From an uncultured Arcobacter sp. (GTDB lineage Bacteria; Campylobacterota; Campylobacteria; Campylobacterales; Arcobacteraceae), in assembly GCA_965140705.1 (NCBI GenBank), contig OZ223302.1, positions 512,001 to 576,000 on the forward strand: a DNA stretch of 64,000 bases, in the 5' to 3' direction. A model generated the notes under the pieces. The model saw only the letters and a list, made by a program, of their open reading frames with translations. It was not told the DNA's origin and searched no databases. The position numbers and the translations under genes were made by a program. Shown piece by piece: positions 1 to 10,310 of the stretch; position 1 is the stretch's first letter, and the number at the start of each line of letters is the position of its first letter.

Positions 1-601
1 AAAGTGCTCCAATCACAGCAATAATAGGTAAATCTCCCTCTCCTAAGGCTCTTTGTGTTTTTAAAGTCTCATCTTTTAATATCTTTGATTTAATATTTTG
101 AATATAAAAAGTTATGAAAAAGTCCAACATAACAAAAGCTCCAACAAAAATAAAACTATTTTTTATAGAGTCTAAAAAATTATTATAAACAGAAGAGAAC
201 CCTAAAATGACTACAACTAATAAAATCCAATCTGGAACAGCTTTATACTCTAAATCAATAAAAGATAATACAAGTAAAGTATAAAACATTGCTAATATTA
301 AAAAATATTCCAATGAAAAACCAATCTTCACAAAAAGCGCTAAAGCAATGATTGCAGATAAAACCTCTACCAAAAAATAGTTTATAGAATATTTTTCATT
401 ACAATATTTACACTTTCCTCCAAGAATAAGATATGAAATAATAGGAATATTATAGTACCAAGCTATTGTTTTTCCGCATTTAGTACAATGACTTCGTGGA
501 GTAATAATAGATTCACCCTTAGGAGCTCTATAAATCACTACATTTAAAAATGAGCCAATAACTGCACCAAAAATGAAGATAATAGAACTAAACAGAACCA
601 A
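1..601 (-). CDS. Prepilin peptidase (A24 family), 3' end runs off window
   Basis: Not in ORF track. Manual minus-strand translation from TTG at 601: [43 protein letters not shown]...NIPIISYLILRGKCKYC...FIDLEYKAVPD...LGEGDLPII. Shows GSFLNV, two CxxC pairs and the GxGD aspartyl motif. Confidence 0.9.
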   Translation of the reverse strand, partial: MVLFSSIIFIFGAVIGSFLNVVIYRAPKGESIITPRSHCTKCGKTIAWYYNIPIISYLILGGKCKYCNEKYSINYFLVEVLSAIIALALFVKIGFSLEYFLILAMFYTLLVLSFIDLEYKAVPDWILLVVVILGFSSVYNNFLDSIKNSFIFVGAFVMLDFFITFYIQNIKSKILKDETLKTQRALGEGDLPIIAVIGAL

Positions 602-1268
602 ATCTTCTCTCTCTATTTTTAAAATCACTTAATAAATCATCAAATTCATTTTTAGAAAATTCAGGCCAATAAGTTTTTGTAAAAAACATCTCTGCATAAG
701 CACATTGCCATAATAAATAGTTTGAAATTCTTATTTCCCCACTTGTACGAATTAGCATATCCACATCAGGAATACCAGCAGTATCTAAACAAGACTCTAT
801 ATTTTCTTGATTTACTTCAAGTTTTTTATCAACTACTTTCTTTAAAGCCCTTGTAATCTCATCCCGTGAACCATAATTTAATGCAAGTATTTGGGTTAAG
901 CCTTTTGCATTTTTTGTTTTTTCTTCTGTATCTTTTATAACTTTTTGTAAAGAGTTTGAAAACTTTGATAAATCACCTATTGCTTTAAATTTAACTCCAT
1001 TTTCCAAATATACTGGCAATTCATTTTTCAAATATCTCTCTAAAAGTTTCATCAAAAATTCAACTTCTAATTTTGGTCTTGACCAGTTTTCAGTGGAAAA
1101 AGCATATAAAGTTAAATACTTTATTCCCAAATTATTAGCGTGTGTTGTTATCTCTCTTACAGTTTTTGCACCCTCTTCATGACCAGCAGTTCTATTTAAG
1201 CCTTGCTCTTTTGCCCATCTTCCATTACCATCCATGATAATTGCAACATGTTGTGGTAAACTACTCAT
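588..1268 (-). CDS. uppS: Undecaprenyl diphosphate synthase
   Basis: HVAIIMDGNGRWA, YAFSTENWSRP and IRTSGE motifs. Confidence 0.97.
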   Translation of the reverse strand: MSSLPQHVAIIMDGNGRWAKEQGLNRTAGHEEGAKTVREITTHANNLGIKYLTLYAFSTENWSRPKLEVEFLMKLLERYLKNELPVYLENGVKFKAIGDLSKFSNSLQKVIKDTEEKTKNAKGLTQILALNYGSRDEITRALKKVVDKKLEVNQENIESCLDTAGIPDVDMLIRTSGEIRISNYLLWQCAYAEMFFTKTYWPEFSKNEFDDLLSDFKNRERRFGSV

Positions 1269-2523
1269 GAAACTCCAAAGCTAGAGTATTTATAATATTT
1301 AAAGAGACATCAAACTTATTTCCATCTAAACTAACTGTTTTATCACTTACCATTAATTCTATTTTATTTGAGTCTGAGCCAAAAGTATTATTTTCATCAA
1401 TTATATTTAGACAAACAGCATCAATGTTTTTTTGAACTTTCATATTTTTTGCATTTTCATATGCAACTTTTTTATCCATCTCAGCTTTGAACCCAATTGT
1501 ATAAATATCATCTCTATTCAGACTTGATAAGATATCAATATTTTGTTTTAATTCTAAATCCCACTTTTCACCAAGCATAGATTTTTTTAGTTTTCCATTT
1601 TGAGGATATGAAGGAATATAATCACTAATAGCTGCTACCATAAAAAGATATGGCTTTTTTTGTATCACACTTGGATTTGAATCATCCATTAAAGTTGTAG
1701 AACTTTTAGTTCCTCTTTTTGCTACAGTTATAGACTCTTGTAGATATTCAAACATCTCTTGAGAACTTTGAGTATTTATAATATGTATACCTTTTGGTAA
1801 CTCTTCATATCCCCTTGAACTTACCAAACAAACATCTGCACCTTTTAAATAAAGAGCTAAAGCTAAAGATGATGCCATCTTACCTGAAGAAAAGTTTGAG
1901 ATATATCGAACATCATCTATCTTTTCAACAGTTCCACCACCACTTAAAACAACTTTTCTATTTTCCCAATATTTATCTTTTAAAAGTTCCCTTACTGTAG
2001 CATAATAGATATCATCAACTTCACTTAAAGCACCTGTTCCAATATCTCTACAAGCTAACTCTTTTGAAACTGGTTCTATAATTTTATAATTACAAAGTTT
2101 TAGCATCTTCATACTTGCACTTGTAATTGGATTTTGTATCATATTTGTATTTGCAGCAGGACATAGAAGTTTTACTCTTGGATATGCTAAGGCTATTTGA
2201 GTCAAAATATTATCAGCTATCCCATGACTTAATTTATTGATTGTATTCGCACTTGCAGGAGCTATTACAAAAATATCAGCCCACTTTCCAATTGCTATAT
2301 GATTATAATGTGAATCTTTATCCCAAGACTCACTGACTTCATCTAAAATTTGCGATTGAGAAATAGTCTCAAAAGTCAAGGGAGTAATAAATTTTTTAGC
2401 AGAAGAAGTCATGATAACTTTTACATTTGCCCCAGCTTTTATATATAATCTTATAAGTTCTAAAGTTTTGTAAATAGCAATTGAGCCTGTAACTCCTATT
2501 AAAATATTTCTGTTTTTAAGCAT
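1261..2523 (-). CDS. coaBC: Bifunctional phosphopantothenoylcysteine decarboxylase/ligase
   Basis: [39 protein letters not shown] and GFKAE motifs. Start moved to the ATG at 2523 (MLKNRN), which overlaps the glmU end. Confidence 0.95.
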   Translation of the reverse strand: MLKNRNILIGVTGSIAIYKTLELIRLYIKAGANVKVIMTSSAKKFITPLTFETISQSQILDEVSESWDKDSHYNHIAIGKWADIFVIAPASANTINKLSHGIADNILTQIALAYPRVKLLCPAANTNMIQNPITSASMKMLKLCNYKIIEPVSKELACRDIGTGALSEVDDIYYATVRELLKDKYWENRKVVLSGGGTVEKIDDVRYISNFSSGKMASSLALALYLKGADVCLVSSRGYEELPKGIHIINTQSSQEMFEYLQESITVAKRGTKSSTTLMDDSNPSVIQKKPYLFMVAAISDYIPSYPQNGKLKKSMLGEKWDLELKQNIDILSSLNRDDIYTIGFKAEMDKKVAYENAKNMKVQKNIDAVCLNIIDENNTFGSDSNKIELMVSDKTVSLDGNKFDVSLNIINTLALEFHE

Positions 2524-3817
2524 CTTTTTTCCCAAAGAATTTATAAAAATATCCTTTTACTACTTTTGTAGCAGCCCTTGTTAGAACTAAATCACCTTTT
2601 TTTACATTTTTAGTAACTGTACTTCCTGCACCAATTAAAACATCATCTTCAATAGTTACAGGGGCGACTAGTTGTGTATCACTTCCCACAAAAACATTTT
2701 TTCCTATTTTTGTTTGGTATTTTTTTATCCCGTCATAATTACAAGTGATTGTTCCACAACCGATATTTGTACCCTCATCTATTTCACAATCTCCAAGATA
2801 AGATAAATGTCCAGCTTTTACACCTTTTAGAATAGCTTTTTTAGTCTCTACAAAATTTCCTATATGAGTATCTTTTATAATAGAACCTGGTCTTACTCTT
2901 GCCATTGGTCCAGCATCACTATTTATAAGAGTTGCATCTTCTATTACTGTATTTGTTTTTATATGAGAGTTTTCTATTTTTGTTTTTCCTAAAAGAGTAA
3001 CTCCATTTTCTATAATACTCTCACCAATAATTTCAACATCAGACTCTATATAAATAGTCTCAGGCAATCTCATAATAACCCCAGCTTTCATAAAAGATTC
3101 TTTTATTCTATTTTGGTGAATAACCTCAGCAAAAGCTAACTCATATTTAGAATTAACACCTTTGAAATTTTCTTCATTTACAATTAGTGGTTTTAATGTT
3201 TTTCCATTATTAATAGCTATTTCAACTAAATCTGTAATATAGTACTCTTCTTGGGCATTATCATTTGATAAAAGAGGCAAAGAGTTCAATAAAAACTCTG
3301 TACAAAACTGATAAATCCCTGCATTTGCACTTGTGATTTTAAGCTCTTCAGGACTTGCATCTTTTTGTTCAACTATTTTTTTTACTTCACCATTTTCTAT
3401 AACTACTCTTCCATATCCATCTGCGTTTTTCAACTCTAACACTGACATTACAATAGTCGCATCTATATCAAGTTTTTTAAGTTCATTTGCTTGAATTAGT
3501 GGCATATCAGCATTTAAAACCAAAGTTTTTTCATACTTTGGTTTTATCCCCATAACTGCACCTCCAGTTCCTGGGAAGTTAATATGGTCTTGTATCACAA
3601 AATTAACTTTATCATTAAAATACTCTTGTATAGTCTGTTTTACTAAATCAGCTTTGTGATATAAAACAACTGTAATATCATCACTTAATTCTAAAGCTTC
3701 TTTAATACTATAGTACAACATAGGTTTACCAGAAATTTTATGTAATACCTTTGGAGTTTCTGATTTCATTCTAGTTCCAGCTCCAGCTGCTAGAATAATA
3801 ATTGATTTATTAAACAT
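2516..3817 (-). CDS. glmU: Bifunctional UDP-GlcNAc pyrophosphorylase/glucosamine-1-P acetyltransferase
   Basis: [17 protein letters not shown], hexapeptide repeats, GHLSYLGD and CNYDG. Confidence 0.97.
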   Translation of the reverse strand: MFNKSIIILAAGAGTRMKSETPKVLHKISGKPMLYYSIKEALELSDDITVVLYHKADLVKQTIQEYFNDKVNFVIQDHINFPGTGGAVMGIKPKYEKTLVLNADMPLIQANELKKLDIDATIVMSVLELKNADGYGRVVIENGEVKKIVEQKDASPEELKITSANAGIYQFCTEFLLNSLPLLSNDNAQEEYYITDLVEIAINNGKTLKPLIVNEENFKGVNSKYELAFAEVIHQNRIKESFMKAGVIMRLPETIYIESDVEIIGESIIENGVTLLGKTKIENSHIKTNTVIEDATLINSDAGPMARVRPGSIIKDTHIGNFVETKKAILKGVKAGHLSYLGDCEIDEGTNIGCGTITCNYDGIKKYQTKIGKNVFVGSDTQLVAPVTIEDDVLIGAGSTVTKNVKKGDLVLTRAATKVVKGYFYKFFGKKDA

Positions 3818-3825
3818 TTACACCC

Positions 3826-5772
3826 TTACTTTAACGCTTCTGCTATTTCTTTTCTTAAATTATCTGCAACTTGTTGAAGTGAATTTCTCATCTTCTCATC
3901 AGTAATATTATTCTCCACTAATTTATCTAAATTAGCCTCTTTCTCTTTGAAAAAACTAGCTACTGCTTTACTCTTTTTAGCTCTATTATACATCAAAACT
4001 CCAGAGGCAATAAGTACCATCACAAGTTTTGCATGTCCTAAAATCGCAGCATAATTTAAAATCGTAAATCCTGCAAGATCAGGCTCATTCATATCTGCAC
4101 CTGCTGATATTAAAAGCCTTGCAATTTTATAATTACCTTTCCATTGAGTATGATGTAAAACAGTTCGTCCTTGTTTATCTTTGATATTTAAATCTGTTTT
4201 TTTAGATAAAAGTTTTTCAACAAGTTCATAATCATCTGCAATAACTGCTTTGTGAAAAATTGTTCTTCCATCTCTATCTACACTATTTACATCAACTCTA
4301 AATTTAAGCATAAAAACAATTCTCTCTAAAAACTGTTTTCTCTCATTTTTTGTTTTTGCTTTTAATCCAGTATCTATCATACATGATAAAGCAGTATTTC
4401 CTTCATTATCAACTTTATTAATATCTGCACCATTATTTAAAAGAACTTTTATTAACTCAATATTATTATAATTTATTACATCAAAAAGAATAGTTTTTCC
4501 ATCACTTCTTGCTTGATTTAATTTTGGTCTTTTTATTATTATTCTTTTTAAAAGTTTAAAATAATCCCCATTTTCAACAATATCCAAAAATCTTCTTGAA
4601 TGGGCTCTTTTGCCATTCTCTTGAATTAAAATCATCTCAGCTAAATCATCAACAATAGTTCTTTCATCAAAGTCTTGATGGTCTACATCTATACCTTTAT
4701 CAAAAAGATAATCAATCATTTCATAATTTGAATATCCTTTTAAACACTCTTGAAAAAGAACTGTTTTACCATCCCTATCTTGTGTACTAATATCTGCCCC
4801 TGCATCTAAAAAGAACTCAATTAATTCAAAATCTTTATTCTCTACTGCATAAAAAAGAATACTTTTCCCTTCTTCATCTTTTCTATCAATATCTAAACCA
4901 TTTTCAATTAATATTGTTAAAAGTTTTTGGTAATCATTCTCTTTTTTTACATATTTATAATCAGTTTGCCTATATTTATCTAAATTATTTTCTCTTACAA
5001 TATTAAATATTTTTAATATTTCATCTAAAACAGTTTTACCTTCAATATCTTTTTGATTTATATTTATATCTCTTTGTAATAAAGCATCAATGGTATCAAG
5101 ATGTTTAGCACCTTTTAAAGCTATTTTGAAAAGTACATTTCTTTTATTTTTGTCTAAATGATTTATATCTAAACCAAATTCTATTAAATATTTCATAATT
5201 GTTTGGTCATCTTTCAAACTAGCCAAAAATAAAACACTTTCTCCTTCATTATCAGAGATATTTATATCATCTATATTATTTAAAATCTCTCTTACAATTC
5301 TAATATTACCACCTTCTACTGCATCAAAAAGTACTGTTCTTCCATAACTATCTTTAAAAGTTAAATCAGCACCATGGGCAAGCAAAAGTTGAAATACTTT
5401 TAAATTCCCTTCTAGGGCAATATCTTGAATAAGTATTCTTCCTGAAGAGTTTATATAATTTAAAGAGGCTTTTTTATCAAGTAAAAATCTTATCATCATA
5501 CCATCAGCTGAAGAAGCGGCAATTGATAATACTGTTTTCCCTAATTTATCTTCGTGATCAATATTTACACCATTTTCAATTAGGATTTTCATACCTTCTA
5601 TTCGGCGTTTTTGTACAAGTTCAAAAAGAAGAGTTCTACCTTTTTCATCAGTAGCATTAATATCTATTCCACTATCAATAAGTTTTTGTATTTTTTCTTC
5701 ATTTACATAGTCTTTTAGCAACTCTTTTTGTAAAGTTGTACTATCATCTGAACGAAATAGATTAAGCATCAA
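3826..5772 (-). CDS. Ankyrin-repeat protein
   Basis: Many ~33-aa repeats of the form D..G.T.L..A...G...IV..LL..GAD.N. Confidence 0.9.
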   Translation of the reverse strand: MMLNLFRSDDSTTLQKELLKDYVNEEKIQKLIDSGIDINATDEKGRTLLFELVQKRRIEGMKILIENGVNIDHEDKLGKTVLSIAASSADGMMIRFLLDKKASLNYINSSGRILIQDIALEGNLKVFQLLLAHGADLTFKDSYGRTVLFDAVEGGNIRIVREILNNIDDINISDNEGESVLFLASLKDDQTIMKYLIEFGLDINHLDKNKRNVLFKIALKGAKHLDTIDALLQRDININQKDIEGKTVLDEILKIFNIVRENNLDKYRQTDYKYVKKENDYQKLLTILIENGLDIDRKDEEGKSILFYAVENKDFELIEFFLDAGADISTQDRDGKTVLFQECLKGYSNYEMIDYLFDKGIDVDHQDFDERTIVDDLAEMILIQENGKRAHSRRFLDIVENGDYFKLLKRIIIKRPKLNQARSDGKTILFDVINYNNIELIKVLLNNGADINKVDNEGNTALSCMIDTGLKAKTKNERKQFLERIVFMLKFRVDVNSVDRDGRTIFHKAVIADDYELVEKLLSKKTDLNIKDKQGRTVLHHTQWKGNYKIARLLISAGADMNEPDLAGFTILNYAAILGHAKLVMVLIASGVLMYNRAKKSKAVASFFKEKEANLDKLVENNITDEKMRNSLQQVADNLRKEIAEALK

Positions 5773-5820
5773 TTCTCCTCTGTAATACTTCCAATGTTCG
5801 CAATTATATCTAAGGGAAGA

Positions 5821-7359
5821 TTAAAATCTTCTCCTTGGTTTAAACTCTCTTTTCTCTCTTGGAGGAAAGGGTCTTTTATTCTCTAATGGTGCTAACTTTA
5901 TATCTTTTTTTAAAGAGTTTTCCATAAATTGGTTAAAAGAAGTTCTAGCAATAGTAGCTTTTATACTATCTGGAAACTGTTCTGGTAATTTATAAGATAA
6001 CCATAAATAAAGAGATATTTTTTTAATCTCATCTTCTACTAATAACAAATCCTTTTGCGTTCTTGCAACTTTTGGTAGAGTAATTGAAGGTTTATATCGT
6101 ATTACTCTATTTTTTAAAACAGCCGAAATATAAATATCATATGCTTGTAAAATAATCTTCGATTTTAAAGAAATAGGTGCTTGGGATAGCATATATTTAT
6201 CTTCTAGCTTTAAATTGAATTTTTGATCTACAATAGTTGAAGCACTAAGCATTGAGCCAATTTTTGCTGCAACAAAAGGTCCTTCAAACACCATATTTGT
6301 AGAAAAAAACTTTAATACTTTGGTTAAAGATGTTGTTTTTAGATGCATCGCTAAATTTGTAAGCTGTTCATTGTTTATTTTTACTTTAAATGGTGGCTTA
6401 ATGGTCTTAATTGGTTTAGAATACTCTTCTTTTATATATTTTAAACTATCTTTTGTAGTAGCTCCAATAAAGCCTTTTTCATGATGCCCATATCGCCCTG
6501 CTCTTCCTGCTATTTGAACTATTTCATTTACACTTATTCCACGTCTTGAAATACCATCAAATTTCATATGAGTTGTGAAAAGTATTGTTTTAATAGGAAG
6601 ATTCAATCCCATTGCAATAGCATCAGTTGCTATTAGGATATCTGTCTCTTTTTCCCTAAATCTTCTAGCTTCATCCCGTCTTACTTCAGGAGATAAGTTT
6701 CCATAGATGATTGAGATTTTATGTTTTTTTTGAAGTTTTTGTTTTAATTTTAAAACATCACTTCTTGAAAAAGCAATCAGTGCTGTTCCACTTTCTAAAT
6801 TTCCCAAAGCTGTATGTTTATCTAAAAGTTGTAATTCATTTTTTCTTTTAAATTTTTCTATTATCAAATCTTCTTCTAGATATGCAGCTATTTTCTTAAC
6901 TGCTTCTAGGGCATTTACACTTCCTGTCATAATTATCTTTTTAGCAGGGCAACCAATAATTGCATTTACCCAAGCCCAACCTCTATCCTCATCATCGAGC
7001 ATTTGAACTTCATCAATAATAGCAACATCAACATCCATATTGAAATCAATCATTTCAATAGTTGAACAAACATGTGCTGCATCTTCATTTAGATTTTGCT
7101 CTTCCCCTGTGATTAGTGAAGCTGGTATTCCCTCTTTAGTCAAATCTTCATACCCTTCTAAAGCTAGTAGCCGTAAGGGTGCTAAATAAAGTCCACAATC
7201 TGCTTTTTTAAGCTCAGTCATTGCTTTGTATGTTTTACCAGAATTTGTGGGTCCCACAAAAAAGTGTAATTCTCTTTTCATAGTTCTTGCAAGGGGATAA
7301 AGGGATTTTATATCACAATTTAAAAGTTCTTTTAGTTGATCTTGCCAATTTGTTTTCAT
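5821..7359 (-). CDS. Suv3-like SF2 ATP-dependent RNA/DNA helicase
   Basis: GPTNSGKT, PLRLLA, DEVQM, ATDAIAMGLNL and QIAGRAGR, which are Suv3-family signatures. Confidence 0.88.
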   Translation of the reverse strand: MKTNWQDQLKELLNCDIKSLYPLARTMKRELHFFVGPTNSGKTYKAMTELKKADCGLYLAPLRLLALEGYEDLTKEGIPASLITGEEQNLNEDAAHVCSTIEMIDFNMDVDVAIIDEVQMLDDEDRGWAWVNAIIGCPAKKIIMTGSVNALEAVKKIAAYLEEDLIIEKFKRKNELQLLDKHTALGNLESGTALIAFSRSDVLKLKQKLQKKHKISIIYGNLSPEVRRDEARRFREKETDILIATDAIAMGLNLPIKTILFTTHMKFDGISRRGISVNEIVQIAGRAGRYGHHEKGFIGATTKDSLKYIKEEYSKPIKTIKPPFKVKINNEQLTNLAMHLKTTSLTKVLKFFSTNMVFEGPFVAAKIGSMLSASTIVDQKFNLKLEDKYMLSQAPISLKSKIILQAYDIYISAVLKNRVIRYKPSITLPKVARTQKDLLLVEDEIKKISLYLWLSYKLPEQFPDSIKATIARTSFNQFMENSLKKDIKLAPLENKRPFPPREKREFKPRRRF

Positions 7360-7442
7360 ATTATTCTTTTTAATTTTATAAGTATTAAATTCATTTTATC
7401 ATAAAATAATAATATTATAATAAAAGATTTTAAGGGATTTTG

Positions 7443-8564
7443 ATGACATGTGATTATTTTGGAAAATGTGGTAGTTGTACTTTGTACCATATGAATTATG
7501 AAGAACAATTGAATTATAAGCTATCTAGAGAAAAACAGAGATTTCAAGATATCACTACAATGGACTTTGAAATAATAAGAAGTGAGGAAGAACACTTTAG
7601 AAATAGAGCAGAATTTAGATTTTGGAAAAATTATGATGATGAAAAAAATCCAACACTATCTTATGGAATGACAAGCTTTGATAAAAATATTTTAGAAGTA
7701 GACAAGTGTTCAATTGTCTCAAAACAAATAGACGAACTCATGCCAAAACTATTAGATGAAATTTCACAAAATGAAATATTAAACTATAAAATCTATTCAG
7801 TAGAATTTTTAGGTTCAACTACAAATGATATGCTTGTTACTTTAATCTATCACAAAAAATTAGATACTGCTTGGGAAAAAGTTGCAAGAGAAGTTCAAGA
7901 AAGACTAAATATCAAAATCATAGGAAGAAGTCGTAAACAAAAGATAGTTTTAAAAGAGGATTTCATTAAAGAAGAGTTAAATATAAATGATAATGTTTTT
8001 AAATTCCATTATAAAGAGGGTGGATTTACCCAACCAAATACAAAAGTAAATATCAAAATGATAGAGTGGGTTTTAAATAATATTGAAACAAAAGATGATT
8101 TGTGTGAACTTTATTGTGGGGGTGGAAATTTTACTATTCCTTTATCTACTAAGTTCAACAATGTCTTAGCAACAGAGATTTCAAAAACTTCAATTAACTC
8201 TGCACTTTTAAATTGTGAATTAAATGACATAACAAATATTGACTTTATAAGAATGAGTGCCGAAGAGTTTGTGGAAGCTTTAAATAGTGTAAGGGAATTT
8301 AGAAGATTAAAAGATATAAACTTAAGTAATTATAACTTTTCAACTATATTTGTAGATCCACCACGTTCGGGACTTGATGATACAACAAGAGAGTTAGTTA
8401 AAGATTATGAACAAATAATATATATATCTTGTAATCCAGAAACTTTGCATAGAGATTTAAAAGAATTAGTAAAATCTCACCAAATCTTAAATTTTGCTTT
8501 ATTTGACCAATTTTCCTATTCTGGGCACATCGAAACAGGAGTAATTCTCAAAAAATCTTGTTAA
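7443..8564 (+). CDS. trmA: tRNA (uracil-54-C5)-methyltransferase
   Basis: FRNRAEF, FTQPN, ELYCGGGNF, VDPPRSGL, YISCNPETL and FDQF motifs. ATG at 7443 follows SD AAGGGA. Confidence 0.93.
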   Translation: MTCDYFGKCGSCTLYHMNYEEQLNYKLSREKQRFQDITTMDFEIIRSEEEHFRNRAEFRFWKNYDDEKNPTLSYGMTSFDKNILEVDKCSIVSKQIDELMPKLLDEISQNEILNYKIYSVEFLGSTTNDMLVTLIYHKKLDTAWEKVAREVQERLNIKIIGRSRKQKIVLKEDFIKEELNINDNVFKFHYKEGGFTQPNTKVNIKMIEWVLNNIETKDDLCELYCGGGNFTIPLSTKFNNVLATEISKTSINSALLNCELNDITNIDFIRMSAEEFVEALNSVREFRRLKDINLSNYNFSTIFVDPPRSGLDDTTRELVKDYEQIIYISCNPETLHRDLKELVKSHQILNFALFDQFSYSGHIETGVILKKSC

Positions 8565-8598
8565 AATTTAGTATAAAAGCTCTAACAAGGTAAATAAC

Positions 8599-10095
8599 AT
8601 GAGAATAAATACAAACATAGCTTCGCTTAATGCACAAGAAGCGGCAGCAAATACTAATAAGAAAATTTCTACTTCATTAGAAAGACTTTCTACTGGACTA
8701 AAAGTTAACAAAGCTAGTGATGATGCTTCTGGTTTAGCAATTGCTGATAAACTAAGAACTCAAGCTTCATCAATTAGTCAAGGTATAGATAATGGAAATT
8801 CAGCTGTTGCTTTAATCCAAATCGCTGATAAATCTATGTCTGAACAATCAAATATCTTGGATACTGTTAAAGCTAAATTAATTCAAGCTAATACTGATAC
8901 CACTTCTCCTGATGGTAGAGAAGCTATTAGAAAAGATATTGTTAAATTACTTGAGCAATTAGATAATATCGCTCAACAGACAAGTTACAATGGTATTACT
9001 CTATTACAAGATAGTTATGATAGCATGTCAAGCTCAATTGAATTGAAATTTCAAATTGGTGGAAACAAAGACGATATTATGCAAAGTTCTTTCATCCAAT
9101 CAAATACAGTTGGATTAGGTGGAGGAAAAGAAGCACTTGACCAAGTTTCTGGATCAAGTACAAGAAATAATGTAATTTCTCAAGGCCTATCAACTGTTAT
9201 AAGTGGAGATGGAACAAATCCTATTACATTAGATGGTTATGCAACAGGAACGGCTATAAAAGTAAATATTACAGGAATACCTGGAGATATAACTGCAAAT
9301 GGACCTACAGAAATTAGTAAAGTAGATTCAACTACTCAATTGGTATTAGAAGCTTTAGCAAATGCAACAAGTGGTGTAAATGGAAGCCCTGCCACAGTTG
9401 AAGTAAAAGATGTAAACAACAGAGTAATAGGAACTTTTACATTAGAAACACCTGCTGGTACATCAATTGCTAGTGGACTTGTTATGCACTCTACTCCTGG
9501 TTTAAATGGTGCAGAACCAACAGTGACTTTTTCTCTTGCATCTGGAACAACAATAGGAATGGGTGGTAAAACAATAAATACAGTTGAAATTGCAGGTAAA
9601 CCTTTAAATACTTTTACAATAGGAGCAATGACGATTACTCAAACTTCAGCATCAGGAAGTATTACTTTTGATGCAAATGCTCAAAATCTTAATATCCAAA
9701 ATCTTAATAGTGCTAATGGACAAGAGTTAAAAGTAACAACAGCAACTGGTAGTATAACAGGTGGTGGTACATTAGCTGGATTAAAAGCTTTACAAGCTGG
9801 TCAATTAACACAAAATCAAGCTGTTAAATACCAAGGAATAGTTGATGCTGCTTTAAGTCAGATGAATACATATCGTTCTGATTTGGGTTCTACCCAAAAT
9901 CAGGTTGAATCAGCGGTTAGAAACTTGATGACACAAAAAACAAATGTAACAGCAGCTGAATCAGTCATTCGAGATGTTGATTATGCACAAGAATCTGCAA
10001 ATTTCAACAAACAAAACATCATAGCTCAAGCTGGAAATTATGCCATGTCTCAAGCAAATTCTGTGGCACAAAATGTACTTAGATTACTTCAATAA
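8599..10095 (+). CDS. Flagellin (copy 1)
   Basis: MRINTNIASLNAQ...LSTGLKVNKASDDASGLAIAD N-terminus and IRDVDYAQE...QNVLRLLQ C-terminus; Ser/Thr/Gly-rich centre. flaA versus flaB not resolvable. Confidence 0.97.
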   Translation: MRINTNIASLNAQEAAANTNKKISTSLERLSTGLKVNKASDDASGLAIADKLRTQASSISQGIDNGNSAVALIQIADKSMSEQSNILDTVKAKLIQANTDTTSPDGREAIRKDIVKLLEQLDNIAQQTSYNGITLLQDSYDSMSSSIELKFQIGGNKDDIMQSSFIQSNTVGLGGGKEALDQVSGSSTRNNVISQGLSTVISGDGTNPITLDGYATGTAIKVNITGIPGDITANGPTEISKVDSTTQLVLEALANATSGVNGSPATVEVKDVNNRVIGTFTLETPAGTSIASGLVMHSTPGLNGAEPTVTFSLASGTTIGMGGKTINTVEIAGKPLNTFTIGAMTITQTSASGSITFDANAQNLNIQNLNSANGQELKVTTATGSITGGGTLAGLKALQAGQLTQNQAVKYQGIVDAALSQMNTYRSDLGSTQNQVESAVRNLMTQKTNVTAAESVIRDVDYAQESANFNKQNIIAQAGNYAMSQANSVAQNVLRLLQ

Positions 10096-10118
10096 AACTA
10101 ATTTTAATTTACAAATTT

Positions 10119-10146
10119 AAAGAGAGTTTAAAAGCTCTCTTTTTTT
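10119..10146 (+). terminator. Intrinsic terminator after flagellin 1
   Basis: AAAGAGAGT-ttaaaa-GCTCTCTTT hairpin followed by a T run. Confidence 0.85.
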
Positions 10147-10171
10147 ATTGTCAAATTATATTTAATCTATT

Positions 10172-10194
10172 TTTAAGAATTGGTATGTAATAAT
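10172..10194 (+). promoter_or_regulatory. Putative sigma70-type promoter of flagellin 2
   Basis: TTTAAG-N10-TAATAAT (TGTAATAAT at 10186-10194). The same arrangement, TTTAAG-N10-CAATAAT, occurs at 55601-55623. Confidence 0.5.
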
Positions 10195-10310
10195 TCTTTT
10201 TACAAAGTAGGGATTAATTGATTCCAAAGAGTTATTTTACTCTATGCTCATTCACCTGAGAATGTATTCGGTGTGATTTATCACAATGTGTCATAATTAA
10301 AGGATTTATT

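Noticed and set aside
8522..8537. TGGGCAC near the end of trmA as a sigma54 -24 box for flagellin 1
   Set aside because: No GC at the -12 position (the sequence gives GG-N10-CA), and it lies in trmA coding sequence.
10272..10285. TGTGA-N4-TCACA as a CRP site
   Set aside because: CRP/FNR-type sites need a 6-nt spacer; kept only as part of the leader finding.
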